Shown here piece after piece: positions 1-9,085 of a stretch of 47,490 nt of DNA; within the stretch, counting starts at the first letter, position 1; every line of letters begins with the position of its first letter. Position numbers and translations under genes: made by a program. Below the pieces are notes generated by a model. The model ran no database searches, was not told where the DNA came from, and saw only the letters and a program-made list of their open reading frames with translations. Origin of the DNA: a virus (taxonomy: Duplodnaviria > Caudoviricetes); IMG/VR virus record IMGVR_UViG_3300049781_000058, positions 1 through 47,490 of that record; one strand, 5' to 3'.

Positions 1-3
1 CGT

Positions 4-1806
4 TTAGGCGGCGTCGTGGGGTTCGCCGGGGTGGCTTCCGGTGGCGGGGTCGCAGCCGACGTGGGTGTCGTATCCGCGGTCGGCTCGGAAGCTGGGGAGG
101 GTGGTGTGGCAGACGGTGCAGAGGGGGTCTTGTGGGTCTGCTTGTTCCGGTGTTCCCTCTCCGTTCCCCCACTTCGTGGGGGGAACGGTCGGAACGGGGG
201 GCGTTCCGGGGTGTTCCGCGACGTTTCCGGGAAACGTCTGACCTGGGGTTTCTTGTGTTCCGGGGTGCGTTCCGGGAAACGTTTCCGGGAAACGTCCCTC
301 GGAACGGTCTGCGGAACGGTTTCCGGAAACGTCGAATCCCGGCATTTCGGACCGTGCTTTGCGGTGCCGGACGGCCGCCGCGATCTTGTCGTTACTCCCG
401 GGTACGTGGAGCTCGGCGAGCTTCTCCCGGACCACCCGGTTCCCCGCGTCGTTCGGGACTCCGGCCCGGTCGAGGGTGGCGATGATGTGCTCGACGGTGC
501 CCGGGATCGCGGCGAGACCGACCGGGGCGCCGCCGGGTTCGTCCTCGTACGTCATGACGACGTGGCGGGTGCCGCCGAGCTTCCAGTTGTCGCCGTCGCG
601 CTGCGCCTGGCGCAGCAGGGAAAAGCTGTCGGGTCCGATGCCGGTACGGGTGTGGGTCCGCTTCAGCATGAGGGTCCCGCCGCCGGTGGCGGTCAACTCC
701 CAGACGTGGTCGACGTCCTGGGTCTTGGCGGAGGATCCGCGGCCGCCGCGGTCTTTGTCCTTGCCGAAGTGGTCGAGGCGGACGGAGGCGATGCGGTCGC
801 GCTTCAGTGGCAGCAGGGTGTGCCGGTACAGGCTGAGCCAGGTGTCGGCGTCGTTCTCGGGGCCGCCGATGAACCGGCTGACGGTGTCGATGACGACGAG
901 TTCGGCGCCGGTGGCCTTCACCAGGGCGAGAAGGTCGGCGCCTCCGCCCGCGGTGTCGAGGGGGCGGATGGGCGGGAAGCTGGCGTACCGCAGTTCGCCC
1001 ATGGCGCGGGGGCCGGCGCCGAAGGAGAGGAATCGTTCCTGGACTTGCTCCTGCCCGTTCTCCGCGTCGAGGTAGAGGATGCGGATCGGGTCCTGGGGTT
1101 GGTCGCCGAGGAAGGGCTGGCCGGTGGCCATGCGCCACATCCACTCCTGGCAGAAGAGGGACTTGCCGGCCTTGCCGTCGCCGACGAGGGTGATCTGCTG
1201 GCCGGGGCCCATGAGCTTTCCGGGCAGGAGCTGGATCGCGCCGAAGTCGGTGGCGAAGAAGGTGCCCCAGTCGAGGAGTGAGGCGACGAGGTGGGCGGGG
1301 CCGCGGCCTGTGTTCTCGCGGAGGGCTTCGCCTTGCTGGAACTCGGCGACGAGCGCGGCGAGTTCGTCTCCGTCGGCGCCCTGGTCGATGGCTGACTTCA
1401 GCCTGGTGGAGTGTTCGTCGTAGCGGCGCTGGCGGGCGGTTTCGGCGATGCGCTCGGCGAACGCGGCGGCCATGGTCGGTGAGATGGTCTCGTTGCCGAG
1501 CTTGTAGATGAGGTTGCCGTTGTTGACGCGGTGGAGCTGGCCCTGGCGTTCGAGTTCGGCGCGGACGAGGGCGGGGTGGCATTGCTGGCCGGTGGCGTGG
1601 ATGCCGGCGGCGGTGTCCCACAGGAGTTGGTGCTGCGGCCTGTAGAGGTCGTCTCGGTTGATGAGGAGGGCGCACTCGTCGTAGGCCTGCTTGGAGTGCA
1701 TGACGATGCCGACGACGTACTCTTCGGCCTCGATGTCGTGGGGGGGTGTGCGGTTGAGGCCGTCCGGGTCCGCCGTGGGGTGCGGGATGTGGCGGACGTT
1801 GTCCAC
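4..1806 (-). CDS. Replicative helicase: DnaB-like N-terminal domain plus AAA_25/RepA-type (SF4-like) ATPase
   Basis: The N-terminus PPHDIEAEEYVVG...LYRPQHQLLW resembles the DnaB N-terminal domain. Walker A GDGKAGKS, ILYLDAENG, Walker B LVVIDT and a GRGSSAK motif are present. Confidence 0.85.
   Translation of the reverse strand: MDNVRHIPHPTADPDGLNRTPPHDIEAEEYVVGIVMHSKQAYDECALLINRDDLYRPQHQLLWDTAAGIHATGQQCHPALVRAELERQGQLHRVNNGNLIYKLGNETISPTMAAAFAERIAETARQRRYDEHSTRLKSAIDQGADGDELAALVAEFQQGEALRENTGRGPAHLVASLLDWGTFFATDFGAIQLLPGKLMGPGQQITLVGDGKAGKSLFCQEWMWRMATGQPFLGDQPQDPIRILYLDAENGQEQVQERFLSFGAGPRAMGELRYASFPPIRPLDTAGGGADLLALVKATGAELVVIDTVSRFIGGPENDADTWLSLYRHTLLPLKRDRIASVRLDHFGKDKDRGGRGSSAKTQDVDHVWELTATGGGTLMLKRTHTRTGIGPDSFSLLRQAQRDGDNWKLGGTRHVVMTYEDEPGGAPVGLAAIPGTVEHIIATLDRAGVPNDAGNRVVREKLAELHVPGSNDKIAAAVRHRKARSEMPGFDVSGNRSADRSEGRFPETFPGTHPGTQETPGQTFPGNVAEHPGTPPVPTVPPTKWGNGEGTPEQADPQDPLCTVCHTTLPSFRADRGYDTHVGCDPATGSHPGEPHDAA
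140..335. repeat. Cluster of short GTT(T)CC/GGA(A)AC direct and inverted repeats; putative replication origin (iterons)
   Basis: More than 12 copies of GTTCC/GGAAC variants, including CGTTTCCGGGAAACG and the hairpin CCGTTCCCCC..GGGGGAACGG (161-188), inside the 3' low-complexity part of the helicase gene. Confidence 0.55.
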
Positions 1807-1890
1807 GGGGCGGTCTCCTCGGCTGGTCGTGTGCGGTGTGGCGGGGTGGGCGGGGCGGCGGGAGTCGTCGTCGCCCCGCCCGGGCCGGAG

Positions 1891-2718
1891 TTAGGCCGGG
1901 GTGCCGTTGAGGATCGGCTGCTCGATGTCGCCGTCGATCGCGTTCACGACGTCGCCGAACGCGGTGCGCAGGACGTCCGCCGGCCGCTCCAGCCGGTAGC
2001 CCATGCGCAGGCCGCGGTCGGTGATGCGGTAGCGGAGGCGGGCGGTGAGCCGGTAGCCCTCGCTGCCCTCGAAGGGGATGAGGCCGATGACGAAGGTCTC
2101 GGGGACGGTGAGCTGGCCCTTCTGCCCGGCCTTCGTGGTGGTGGTCTCCACGAACTGGAACTGCCGTTGCCCGTTGCCCAGGCGGATGCCGGACTGGAAG
2201 TCGACCTTGGTGTTGGCCTGGAGGGACTGGGCGATCTCCAGCATGTCCGCCGAGGACGGCTCCAGGAGCTCGGCGAGGTGGTCCTCAAGGAACTCGGCGA
2301 AGGCCTCCTGGTCGAGGAGCTGGCCGTCGTTCTGGGTCCACTGCTTCCACGCGTCGGTGGTGCGCAGCTGGAGGAGGAGGCGGTGGTCGCCCCAGGACGG
2401 TTCTTTGGCGCTGTGGGCGTTGAGGACGGCGGTGACGGTGAGGCGCTCGCTGTCGGAGTAGACCTCGCTGGCCTGGTTGCTGTGCTTGTTGAAGTAGGCG
2501 GTCCAGGAGCGGGCGTCACGGACGGTGGTGGTGCCAGCCTTCCGCGGCGGGATGCCGGTGTGCTCGGGCCCGGTGAGGTCGACGTCAGCGATGCCGGTGG
2601 GGGTGTTGAAGACGTAGAACTTGCCGGGCTCCAGCTCGTGGTGTTCGGCCGAGCGGAGAGCGGTGTCGACGATGGTCTGGGCTTCGCCGTTGGTGGAGGC
2701 GAGTTCGGTGTAGGTCAC
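1891..2718 (-). CDS. DUF2303 (YfdQ-like) family protein
   Basis: Motifs VLNAH...WGDHR, QEAFAEFLED, VPETFVIGLIPFEG and ARLRYRI; paired with an upstream YfdP-like gene. Confidence 0.8.
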   Translation of the reverse strand: MTYTELASTNGEAQTIVDTALRSAEHHELEPGKFYVFNTPTGIADVDLTGPEHTGIPPRKAGTTTVRDARSWTAYFNKHSNQASEVYSDSERLTVTAVLNAHSAKEPSWGDHRLLLQLRTTDAWKQWTQNDGQLLDQEAFAEFLEDHLAELLEPSSADMLEIAQSLQANTKVDFQSGIRLGNGQRQFQFVETTTTKAGQKGQLTVPETFVIGLIPFEGSEGYRLTARLRYRITDRGLRMGYRLERPADVLRTAFGDVVNAIDGDIEQPILNGTPA

Positions 2719-2720
2719 GG

Positions 2721-3095
2721 TCAGGCGTCCTTGAAGGTGTCGGTGGCGGGTGCGGTGCGGAAGTCCATAGCCATCTGGCGGGGGTCCTCGCGGACAGGCA
2801 GGCCGTCGTCGTCGAGGAAGTACAGGGACTTCACGGGGGTGGGCTTGGGCGCCTTGATGGCGGACTCGACGCCGATGGGGAGGGGCGCGGACTCAACGCC
2901 GTTGGCGGGCGGGTCGACGACGATGGTGATCGTCATGGAGCCCTTCTTGCCGTGAGCGCGGACCTGGTCGAGGAGGGTGTGGAACTCGGCGGACAGTTCC
3001 TCCTCGGTGCGGCCGTTGAGGTGGGAGGCGAGGAACGCGGCGACGGGCGCCTTCTCGGTGATCTCGCCGGTGCCGGTGTCGACGTGGTCGGTCAT
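2721..3095 (-). CDS. YfdP-like partner of the DUF2303 protein
   Basis: Start re-called at ATG 3095. Motifs GKKGSMTITI and YFLDDDGLPVREDPRQ; adjacent to DUF2303. Confidence 0.7.
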   Translation of the reverse strand: MTDHVDTGTGEITEKAPVAAFLASHLNGRTEEELSAEFHTLLDQVRAHGKKGSMTITIVVDPPANGVESAPLPIGVESAIKAPKPTPVKSLYFLDDDGLPVREDPRQMAMDFRTAPATDTFKDA

Positions 3096-3265
3096 GTGTG
3101 GGTGGTGCCTCTCTGGTTGTGCTGCTGCGGGTTTCGGGTCGATAGGTCGATCTGCTGGCCATCGATGTAGTGGCGCCACCAGCCGGGGCGGCCGGGGATC
3201 TGGATGGGTGGCCAGTCGGGTGTCGCGGTCACCTCGTACGGCGGGAGTCGGGCGGTGTCGTCGAT
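3092..3265 (-). CDS. Small hypothetical protein (57 aa from ATC 3265, or 46 aa from GTG 3232), absent from the ORF track
   Basis: Open frame IDDTARLPPYEVTATPDWPPIQIPGRPGWWRHYIDGQQ. Its TGA overlaps the next ATG (ATGA), and AGGAG lies 5 nt before the ATC. Confidence 0.5.
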   Translation of the reverse strand: MDDTARLPPYEVTATPDWPPIQIPGRPGWWRHYIDGQQIDLSTRNPQQHNQRGTTHT

Positions 3266-3288
3266 GGCTTCTCCTGGTGGCGTTGGGG

Positions 3289-3325
3289 TCCGGGCCCGCC
3301 CCTGGGGGAAGTAGGCGGGCCCGGA
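3289..3325. terminator. GC-rich hairpin, probable terminator or RNA processing site
   Basis: 12-bp stem TCCGGGCCCGCC / GGCGGGCCCGGA in an intergenic gap. Confidence 0.5.
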
Positions 3326-3379
3326 GTGGCGGCCGTGGCGCCGGGGGTGCGCCTGGGGGTGGCCGCCGGTCAGGTGGTC

Positions 3380-3841
3380 TCAGCGGGGGCTCTCTCCGGC
3401 CACCTCGTTGTCGACGACGACCAACTCCCAGGTGTCGCCCGGCTCGTCGCCCTGCGCCTTGATCAGGCCGGTGACGGTGTGGTCGAACGTGAAGGCCTCG
3501 AAGCCGGGCTGTCCCTTGGCGGTGGCGTCGGGCTTGAGGAAGTGGTCGATGAGGTACTGCATCCACTCGGGGGCGTTGTAGAACTTCTCGGCGCCGTTCC
3601 AGCAGATGCCGGTGCCGTCGGGGGTCGACTCCCAGTTGCACCACAGGCTCGGCTGGCCCTCGGGCGGGGTGTTGTAGCCGGGGTGGCCGATCTCGCCGTA
3701 TCCGTAGTCGCGGGTGGAGTACGGGCCGTCGGGCCGGTGGTGGCGGCGGCTGTCTGCGAACTCGGCGAGGAACGCGACCTCGGCGGCGTTGAGGGGCGGG
3801 GTCACGGTGACCTGTCCCTCGAAGCTGGTGCTGTAGCCCAT
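3380..3841 (-). CDS. Conserved phage hypothetical protein (MGYSTSFEG...; resembles 5748-6131)
   Basis: ATG at 3841 with AAGGAG RBS; phage-like codon usage. Confidence 0.7.
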   Translation of the reverse strand: MGYSTSFEGQVTVTPPLNAAEVAFLAEFADSRRHHRPDGPYSTRDYGYGEIGHPGYNTPPEGQPSLWCNWESTPDGTGICWNGAEKFYNAPEWMQYLIDHFLKPDATAKGQPGFEAFTFDHTVTGLIKAQGDEPGDTWELVVVDNEVAGESPR

Positions 3842-3897
3842 TGCGGTGTTCTCCTTGGGGTTGGGTGGCCCCGCCAATTCGGGTGGCGGGGCCGCTG

Positions 3898-4086
3898 TCA
3901 GGTGGTTTTGGGGCCCGTGCACTCGGCCGCGTGTTGCAGGACGGGCTGTGAGCGCATGAAGTCGGTGACCTTCTGGCGTCCGGTCACGCGCCGGTGGTGG
4001 CCGCAGGCGGTGCAGAGGTGGTCGGCGATGGGGGTCTGGCCTCGGTCGGTGCGGCGGACTTGGATGCCGCCGATCCAGCCGCTCAT
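3898..4086 (-). CDS. Small Cys/His (Zn-binding) hypothetical protein
   Basis: ATGA overlap with the upstream gene; CTAC...H...C. Confidence 0.6.
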   Translation of the reverse strand: MSGWIGGIQVRRTDRGQTPIADHLCTACGHHRRVTGRQKVTDFMRSQPVLQHAAECTGPKTT

Positions 4087-4655
4087 GCCGCGCTCGCGTC
4101 CGCGTCCGGAACGCAGGCCGGGTCGTCGATGTCCGCCCACGCAGTGACGGGCACCCACCCACGCTTCGCGGCCACCGTGCGCGCCGTGGTGGACGGGCCC
4201 GGTGTCAGGAATCGCCTGCGGCACACTCGCTCGATGGCGGCAGCGTGCTCACGGGGGATGCGCCGGTACCGGGCGGAGACCAGGTCACGCAGGAACTGCA
4301 CATGGAGGCCGCTGTCTTGCGCGGTCTGCGTGAGGGGCCAGCCGATGGCCGCAAGGCCCTGGACACGGCGTGCGCTGCCGGTGGGCAACACACGGCCGGG
4401 CGGGTTGTCCGGGTCGAGCGCCAGGATCACGGCCTCCGTGTGCCGGATGACGAACTTGCGCTCGCCCTTGAGTACGCCGTGGAGGGTGCGCCGGTTGATG
4501 TCGACGTGCGCGGCGATGTCGACCTGGGTCCAACCGCCCGCCAGGAGTCGCCGAATGTGGGCGGCGATCGGGGCAGAGGGCCGGAAGGAGGGGCCGAGTC
4601 GCTCGCGTGCGATGCGGTGCTTCTTCTCGGCGAGCAGTTCGAGGCTGGTTGTCAC
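4083..4655 (-). CDS. Tandem HTH DNA-binding protein
   Basis: GTG at 4655 (GTGA overlap). GWTQVDIAAHVDINRRTL HTH followed by RRVQGLAAIGWPLTQ, a second HTH-like unit typical of actinophages. Confidence 0.7.
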   Translation of the reverse strand: MTTSLELLAEKKHRIARERLGPSFRPSAPIAAHIRRLLAGGWTQVDIAAHVDINRRTLHGVLKGERKFVIRHTEAVILALDPDNPPGRVLPTGSARRVQGLAAIGWPLTQTAQDSGLHVQFLRDLVSARYRRIPREHAAAIERVCRRRFLTPGPSTTARTVAAKRGWVPVTAWADIDDPACVPDADASAA

Positions 4656-5113
4656 GCTGTCACCGCCTGTCGGTCTTCGGCGCGCCAGCGGTGCACCGTG
4701 CGCTTCGCGATCCGGACCCGCTCGGCGATCTCCGAGGCCGGGCAGCCGAGTTGGGTCAGGTACCAGCACGCCGTGCGCGCTTCGACCCTGGAGAGGACCG
4801 GCAGCGGGTGGTCGCCGGAGACGACCCGCTGCACGGCCCGCTCGTCGATGGCCCGGCTGTTGGGCCGCTGGACGCGCGGCGTGTACCGGTGCGGGCGTGT
4901 GGCGGGCGGCCGTGTCGACTTCTGCCGGGCCGGGGCCGGCCGCTGGGTGCGGGCGGCGGGCCGGCGGATGCCGGGCGCCCGCTCGATGCGGCGGGCGGCG
5001 CCGCGGTAGGCCTTGGCCTGACCGCGGTCTGCCTCCAGCTCGGCGGCGGTGCGCAGGAGCGCGGCGAGCCGCTGGGCGCAGGCGGGCTTGACGCGGATGG
5101 TGATCTCGATCAT
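4652..5113 (-). CDS. Protein with C-terminal HTH
   Basis: ATG at 5113; GCPASEIAERVRIAKRTVHRWR. Confidence 0.65.
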   Translation of the reverse strand: MIEITIRVKPACAQRLAALLRTAAELEADRGQAKAYRGAARRIERAPGIRRPAARTQRPAPARQKSTRPPATRPHRYTPRVQRPNSRAIDERAVQRVVSGDHPLPVLSRVEARTACWYLTQLGCPASEIAERVRIAKRTVHRWRAEDRQAVTA

Positions 5114-5751
5114 CGAGCCACCGCCGGGATGTTCAGCGGCCACGTCACGCCGTCCAGCGCGCGCCGGTGGGTGTCCGGTACGACCGCGAGGGGCCAGCCC
5201 AGCCAGTGCAGCCCCATCGCCGCGAGGATCACGCTGTCGGCCTGGTCGTAGCGGCCCTTGCCGTCACACGGCACGCCGTACCGCTCGATCACGGCGTCGC
5301 GGACCATGCCCTTGGCGATCGTCTTGCGCCGGTTCGCCGGGTGGTCCTTGGCCGGGTTGGCGACTCCGCAGGCGTAGATGATGCGGTGCTGCGGCGGGCA
5401 GATCGCGAACGGGATGCGGCGGCGCCACAGGTCGTGCCGGATCAGGCCGCGGAGGTAGGTCATCTCCTCGACGCCGGGCCGGTAGCCGACGGACATGGCC
5501 ACGCCCTCGATGACGACGAGGCTGGTCTCCTCGGGGATCCGCTCGCGGATGGCCTGGCGATGAAACTCCAGGCGGTCGTGTCCGGTCCGGTCCCCGGGGA
5601 TGAGGGCTTCGGCGGTGGTGCCGTTGCTGATGCCGGTGCAGGTGAGGGAGAGGTCGAGCCCGTACACGGTGGGGGTGTTGAGGGGTCGGGGCCCGGCCGC
5701 CGCGGTGGCGGCCGGGGTCTCGGGGGTGAACAGCGTTGGTGCGGTGCTCAC
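5110..5751 (-). CDS. RuvC-like Holliday junction resolvase
   Basis: RNase H-fold acidic motifs YGLDLSLTCTG, LVVIEG and YDQADS. Confidence 0.8.
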   Translation of the reverse strand: MSTAPTLFTPETPAATAAAGPRPLNTPTVYGLDLSLTCTGISNGTTAEALIPGDRTGHDRLEFHRQAIRERIPEETSLVVIEGVAMSVGYRPGVEEMTYLRGLIRHDLWRRRIPFAICPPQHRIIYACGVANPAKDHPANRRKTIAKGMVRDAVIERYGVPCDGKGRYDQADSVILAAMGLHWLGWPLAVVPDTHRRALDGVTWPLNIPAVAR

Positions 5752-6131
5752 TGGTCACCGTCCTCGTCGGGCCAGACGATGCGCGGGGTGACCTTCACGG
5801 CACGGCCGTCGCGGACGACGACGCGCCACAGGTCGGTGTTGTCCTCGCCCTCGCAGTCGAGGCGGCCGGTAAACGTGTGGCCGGGGAAGGCGTCGATGGC
5901 GGCCTGGACGTGCTCGACGAGGTTGTACGCCTTGTAGGAGTCCTCCCAGGTCGGCACGAGCGCGGTGGCCGTCTTCCGCATCAGGGGCCCGTCGTCGGTG
6001 TCGACGGTTTCTGCTTCGACGTGGAGGGTGATGTCCTTGTCGTTGCCGGTGAACGGGCTGTCTTTGAACTCGCGCCAGGTGAGGGGCGGTTCGATGCGGA
6101 TCTCTCCGCTGACGCTGGTGAGGTAGCCCAT
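5748..6131 (-). CDS. DUF6205-like hypothetical protein
   Basis: MGYLTSVSGEIRIEPPLTW...GRLDCEGEDNTDLWRVVVRDG. Confidence 0.6.
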   Translation of the reverse strand: MGYLTSVSGEIRIEPPLTWREFKDSPFTGNDKDITLHVEAETVDTDDGPLMRKTATALVPTWEDSYKAYNLVEHVQAAIDAFPGHTFTGRLDCEGEDNTDLWRVVVRDGRAVKVTPRIVWPDEDGDQ

Positions 6132-6134
6132 GGC

Positions 6135-6425
6135 TCAGGCCCCCTCGTTCGTGGTGGCCTGAGCGGCGAGCGGGTCCGGAGACGGGTTCCGGCAGTCCAT
6201 GCACAGGAACTGGCGGGTCACCCGCGTCCGCACGTGCATCGTGACCCGCTGCTCCGTGGTGCACAGCGCCGCGGACTTGTCGAGCGCCTCCACCGGCCGC
6301 AGCAGCAGCATCGGCGCCCGGTGGCGGCCGGACGGCTCGGGCCGCAGGCACCAGCGGGCCAGGGGAACGGCTCCAACGAGGGACGCCATGAGGGCGGCAG
6401 CGCCGATGGTGATCTGGTCGTTCAT
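6135..6425 (-). CDS. Hypothetical protein with N-terminal hydrophobic segment and Cys/His motif
   Basis: Coupled ORF in the early operon; C..H..CMDC. Confidence 0.6.
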   Translation of the reverse strand: MNDQITIGAAALMASLVGAVPLARWCLRPEPSGRHRAPMLLLRPVEALDKSAALCTTEQRVTMHVRTRVTRQFLCMDCRNPSPDPLAAQATTNEGA

Positions 6426-6862
6426 GCCGTGACCTCCGGCTTCGGCGTGATATAGCCGGGCTGCCAGCGGCTGCTGTCGATGATGTGACCGCCGTGGTGG
6501 AGGCCTACGGCGTCGTCGAGCCGGGCCTGGAGCAGGTCAGCACGGTGCCGCTCACGGCCGTACGCTGCGAGAACACGGGCCCCGACCGTCTTCAGTCGGG
6601 CCACCCGCCGGTCGAGGACCGCCGTGTACTCCGGGTCGGCCTCGGTCAGGGAGGTGAGTCGCTGTCCGAGTTCGAGGTTCCGGCCGTGCAGGCGGCGGTT
6701 CGCGGCGTCGGCCTCGGCGAGTTGCCGGATGACCTGCTCGCGGTTGAAGACGGCGGTGGACTGCCCGGAGAGGGCGTCGTCGCGCTGCTTGCGGAGCCGC
6801 TCGATCTCGGCGCGGAGGCCGGCCATGTCCCGCTCGTGGCGGGCTCTCGTCATGAGGATCAC
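6422..6862 (-). CDS. Coiled-coil hypothetical protein
   Basis: Coupled by 4-nt overlaps on both sides. Confidence 0.65.
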   Translation of the reverse strand: MILMTRARHERDMAGLRAEIERLRKQRDDALSGQSTAVFNREQVIRQLAEADAANRRLHGRNLELGQRLTSLTEADPEYTAVLDRRVARLKTVGARVLAAYGRERHRADLLQARLDDAVGLHHGGHIIDSSRWQPGYITPKPEVTA

Positions 6863-7233
6863 AGCAGGCCCTCCTGCTCGGTGGCGCGGGCGAGGTCGTC
6901 CGCGTGGTCGTAGTCGGTCTTGAGGTCGATGCCGGACTGCTCCAGCTCGGAGGCCAGGTCGGCGAGGGTGTAGTCGTCGCCGCGGTGGTTGGCGACTTCG
7001 AGGCGGGCGATCGTGGCGCGGACAGTCGCGTACTCGGCCTCGACGTCGAGGAGCCTGCGCACGACGGTCTGCGCCCAGCCCAGGGCGTTGGCGACAGCGA
7101 CCGCATCGCCGCGGTGCCGGTCGGTGTAGCGCAGGGCGCGGATGACCCGGACGATGCCGTCGGGGTCGCAGGTCGGGCTGAAGCCGAGGGCGGCGCTAGC
7201 TTCGGTGCGCTGGTCGGTGGTCGTGAGGATCAC
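6859..7233 (-). CDS. Hypothetical protein
   Basis: Coupled by GTGA overlaps. Confidence 0.65.
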   Translation of the reverse strand: MILTTTDQRTEASAALGFSPTCDPDGIVRVIRALRYTDRHRGDAVAVANALGWAQTVVRRLLDVEAEYATVRATIARLEVANHRGDDYTLADLASELEQSGIDLKTDYDHADDLARATEQEGLL

Positions 7234-7979
7234 GAGCCCTCACCCGACCTCGGGGCCGGGATCAGCGGCCACGAGCCGTCGATCACCTTGTTCGGGTCGC
7301 CGCCCTGCTCCTCGGTGGCCTTCGTGCGGAACCACTCCTGCAAGCTGGCCTGCTGGCTCACCCGCCACTTCTGCTGCTCGGTGAACAGTCGCTCCGGGCC
7401 CATCGCCGCCAGGTACTTGTGCTTCGCGAACTGCGCCTCGGCGATCAACAGCGCTGCGGTAGCGTCCGCCGCCGCCTCGTGCCAGTCCTCCAGCTCGACG
7501 CCGTAGCGCTTGGCCGTCGGCTGGAGCTTCCGCTGGCCCGCGCCCTTGACGTACTTGTCGACCTGCTTGTCGATGACGTGGCTGTCGATCAGCGGCAGCG
7601 TCCGCAGTCCAGGCAGGCGGTCAGCCATGGTGGGGAGGCCGTTGCGGATCAGCTCGTAATGCAGCAGCGACCAGTCGAAGGAGAGGTTGAACGCGACGAC
7701 CGGCATGCCGTACCGCAGGCCGGCGGCGAGGCGGTCGGCGATGTCGTCGAGGGCCTCCTTCGGGTCGGCGCCCTCGGCGGCCTTGGCGTCGTCGATCCCG
7801 TGGATCTCCGTAGCCGCAGGCGGAATGGGGACCTTCGGGTTGATCAGGTACGGGAACTTCGTGTTGGGCTTGCCGCCCCCGCGGACCACGAGGGCCGCGG
7901 TGACGATGCGGTCCTCGACCGGGTCCACGCCCGTGCTCTCGGTGTCGAATCCGATCTTGCGGATGTCGGCGAACTTCAC
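7230..7979 (-). CDS. DnaQ-like (DEDDh) 3'-5' exonuclease
   Basis: ExoI GFDTESTG, EIHGI, ExoII AFNLSFD and ExoIII WHEAAADA. Confidence 0.9.
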   Translation of the reverse strand: MKFADIRKIGFDTESTGVDPVEDRIVTAALVVRGGGKPNTKFPYLINPKVPIPPAATEIHGIDDAKAAEGADPKEALDDIADRLAAGLRYGMPVVAFNLSFDWSLLHYELIRNGLPTMADRLPGLRTLPLIDSHVIDKQVDKYVKGAGQRKLQPTAKRYGVELEDWHEAAADATAALLIAEAQFAKHKYLAAMGPERLFTEQQKWRVSQQASLQEWFRTKATEEQGGDPNKVIDGSWPLIPAPRSGEGS

Positions 7980-9085
7980 GCGACCTCACCGGCCTTGACC
8001 GCGGCGAGGTAGGCGTTCATCTGTGCGACGGTCCCGGACGAGGGGTGCGTGCCGCCGTTGCGCTGCGCGAACCCGGCCTCGACCTGCTCGGTGGTCAGCC
8101 CGTGCTGTCCGGCCGCCGCGATGATCTGGAACCACAGGGCCTGTACGTCGGCCGGGTCGTCGTCGACGACCTCGCCCTCGTACACGCCTTCCTCATCCGG
8201 GACCGGCGGCGGAACCTGCTCACCAGCGGGCGGCTTCTGGCCCGTCTTCCGGGGAGGCGCGCCCAGCTCGGCGGCCCGGGCGGTCAACGCGTCTGCGATC
8301 GCCTTGTTCATGTGGCCCGCGGCCACGGCCTGTTCGTAAAGCTCCCGCACCGCGTCGGCCGTCTCAGCCACCGCGGCGAGCCGCAGGTAGTCCGGGCGCG
8401 GAGCCTCGATTGCGGCCCGCTGCTGCCCGCCGCCCACGGCCGGGGCGGACGCGGCCCCGGCCATCAGCGCGGCCGGCGTGACAGCGAGGTCGATCGTCGG
8501 GACCATCCAGTGCCGGGTCTGCCCGTCCCGCTTCGCGGTGCGCTGTTCCAGCCCGAGGAACGCCTCGACGTAGCCGCCGGTCTGCGCCAGCAGCTCGGCC
8601 ACGCCCGGCAGTTCGAGGGCCGCGTAGTAGCCGTGGGACTCCAGCCGCCACACGCCGACGCCCTCGATCTCGGAGAGGACGACGTTCAGGCGGGTGGTCG
8701 GCTTGCACTGGCGGCGCTCGGGGTCCGGGCCGCAGATGCACGGCCGGTCCTTCAGCAACTCGGTGATGCCGTCGCAGCGGCGCTGGCATCCGCCGCCGGA
8801 CCACAGCTCGAAGTACTGGGAGACGGGCTGCGGCGGCACGTGGATCGGCATGCGCTTGGCGTCGGTGATGACCTCGTACTGGTCGGCCCCGCCGTCCGGG
8901 GTCCACGGAGCGACGGTGCCGCCGTACTTCGCGGCGACGCGGTCGAGGAGTTCCTTCGACGGCGAAGTAAGGCGGAACCGGTCGAGCTTGCCCGGGCGAG
9001 TGCCGCCCTTGGCGGTGGCGACCTTCTGGCCGATGCGGATCCGGCCGAGTTCGCGGAGCCGCTGCTGGAGGGTGAGGATGGGCAT
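7976..9085 (-). CDS. Gp3-like (recombination directionality factor-like) recombination protein
   Basis: Start re-called at ATG 9085. MPILTLQQRLRELGRIRIG, CQRRCDG, CKPTTRLNV and GVWRLESHG; lies directly downstream of an exonuclease. Confidence 0.65.
   Translation of the reverse strand: MPILTLQQRLRELGRIRIGQKVATAKGGTRPGKLDRFRLTSPSKELLDRVAAKYGGTVAPWTPDGGADQYEVITDAKRMPIHVPPQPVSQYFELWSGGGCQRRCDGITELLKDRPCICGPDPERRQCKPTTRLNVVLSEIEGVGVWRLESHGYYAALELPGVAELLAQTGGYVEAFLGLEQRTAKRDGQTRHWMVPTIDLAVTPAALMAGAASAPAVGGGQQRAAIEAPRPDYLRLAAVAETADAVRELYEQAVAAGHMNKAIADALTARAAELGAPPRKTGQKPPAGEQVPPPVPDEEGVYEGEVVDDDPADVQALWFQIIAAAGQHGLTTEQVEAGFAQRNGGTHPSSGTVAQMNAYLAAVKAGEVA

Noticed and set aside
140-335. CRISPR array
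   Set aside because: Repeats are 5-15 bp, irregularly spaced, in both orientations and inside a CDS. There is no cas operon; the Cas4-like gene is a phage exonuclease.
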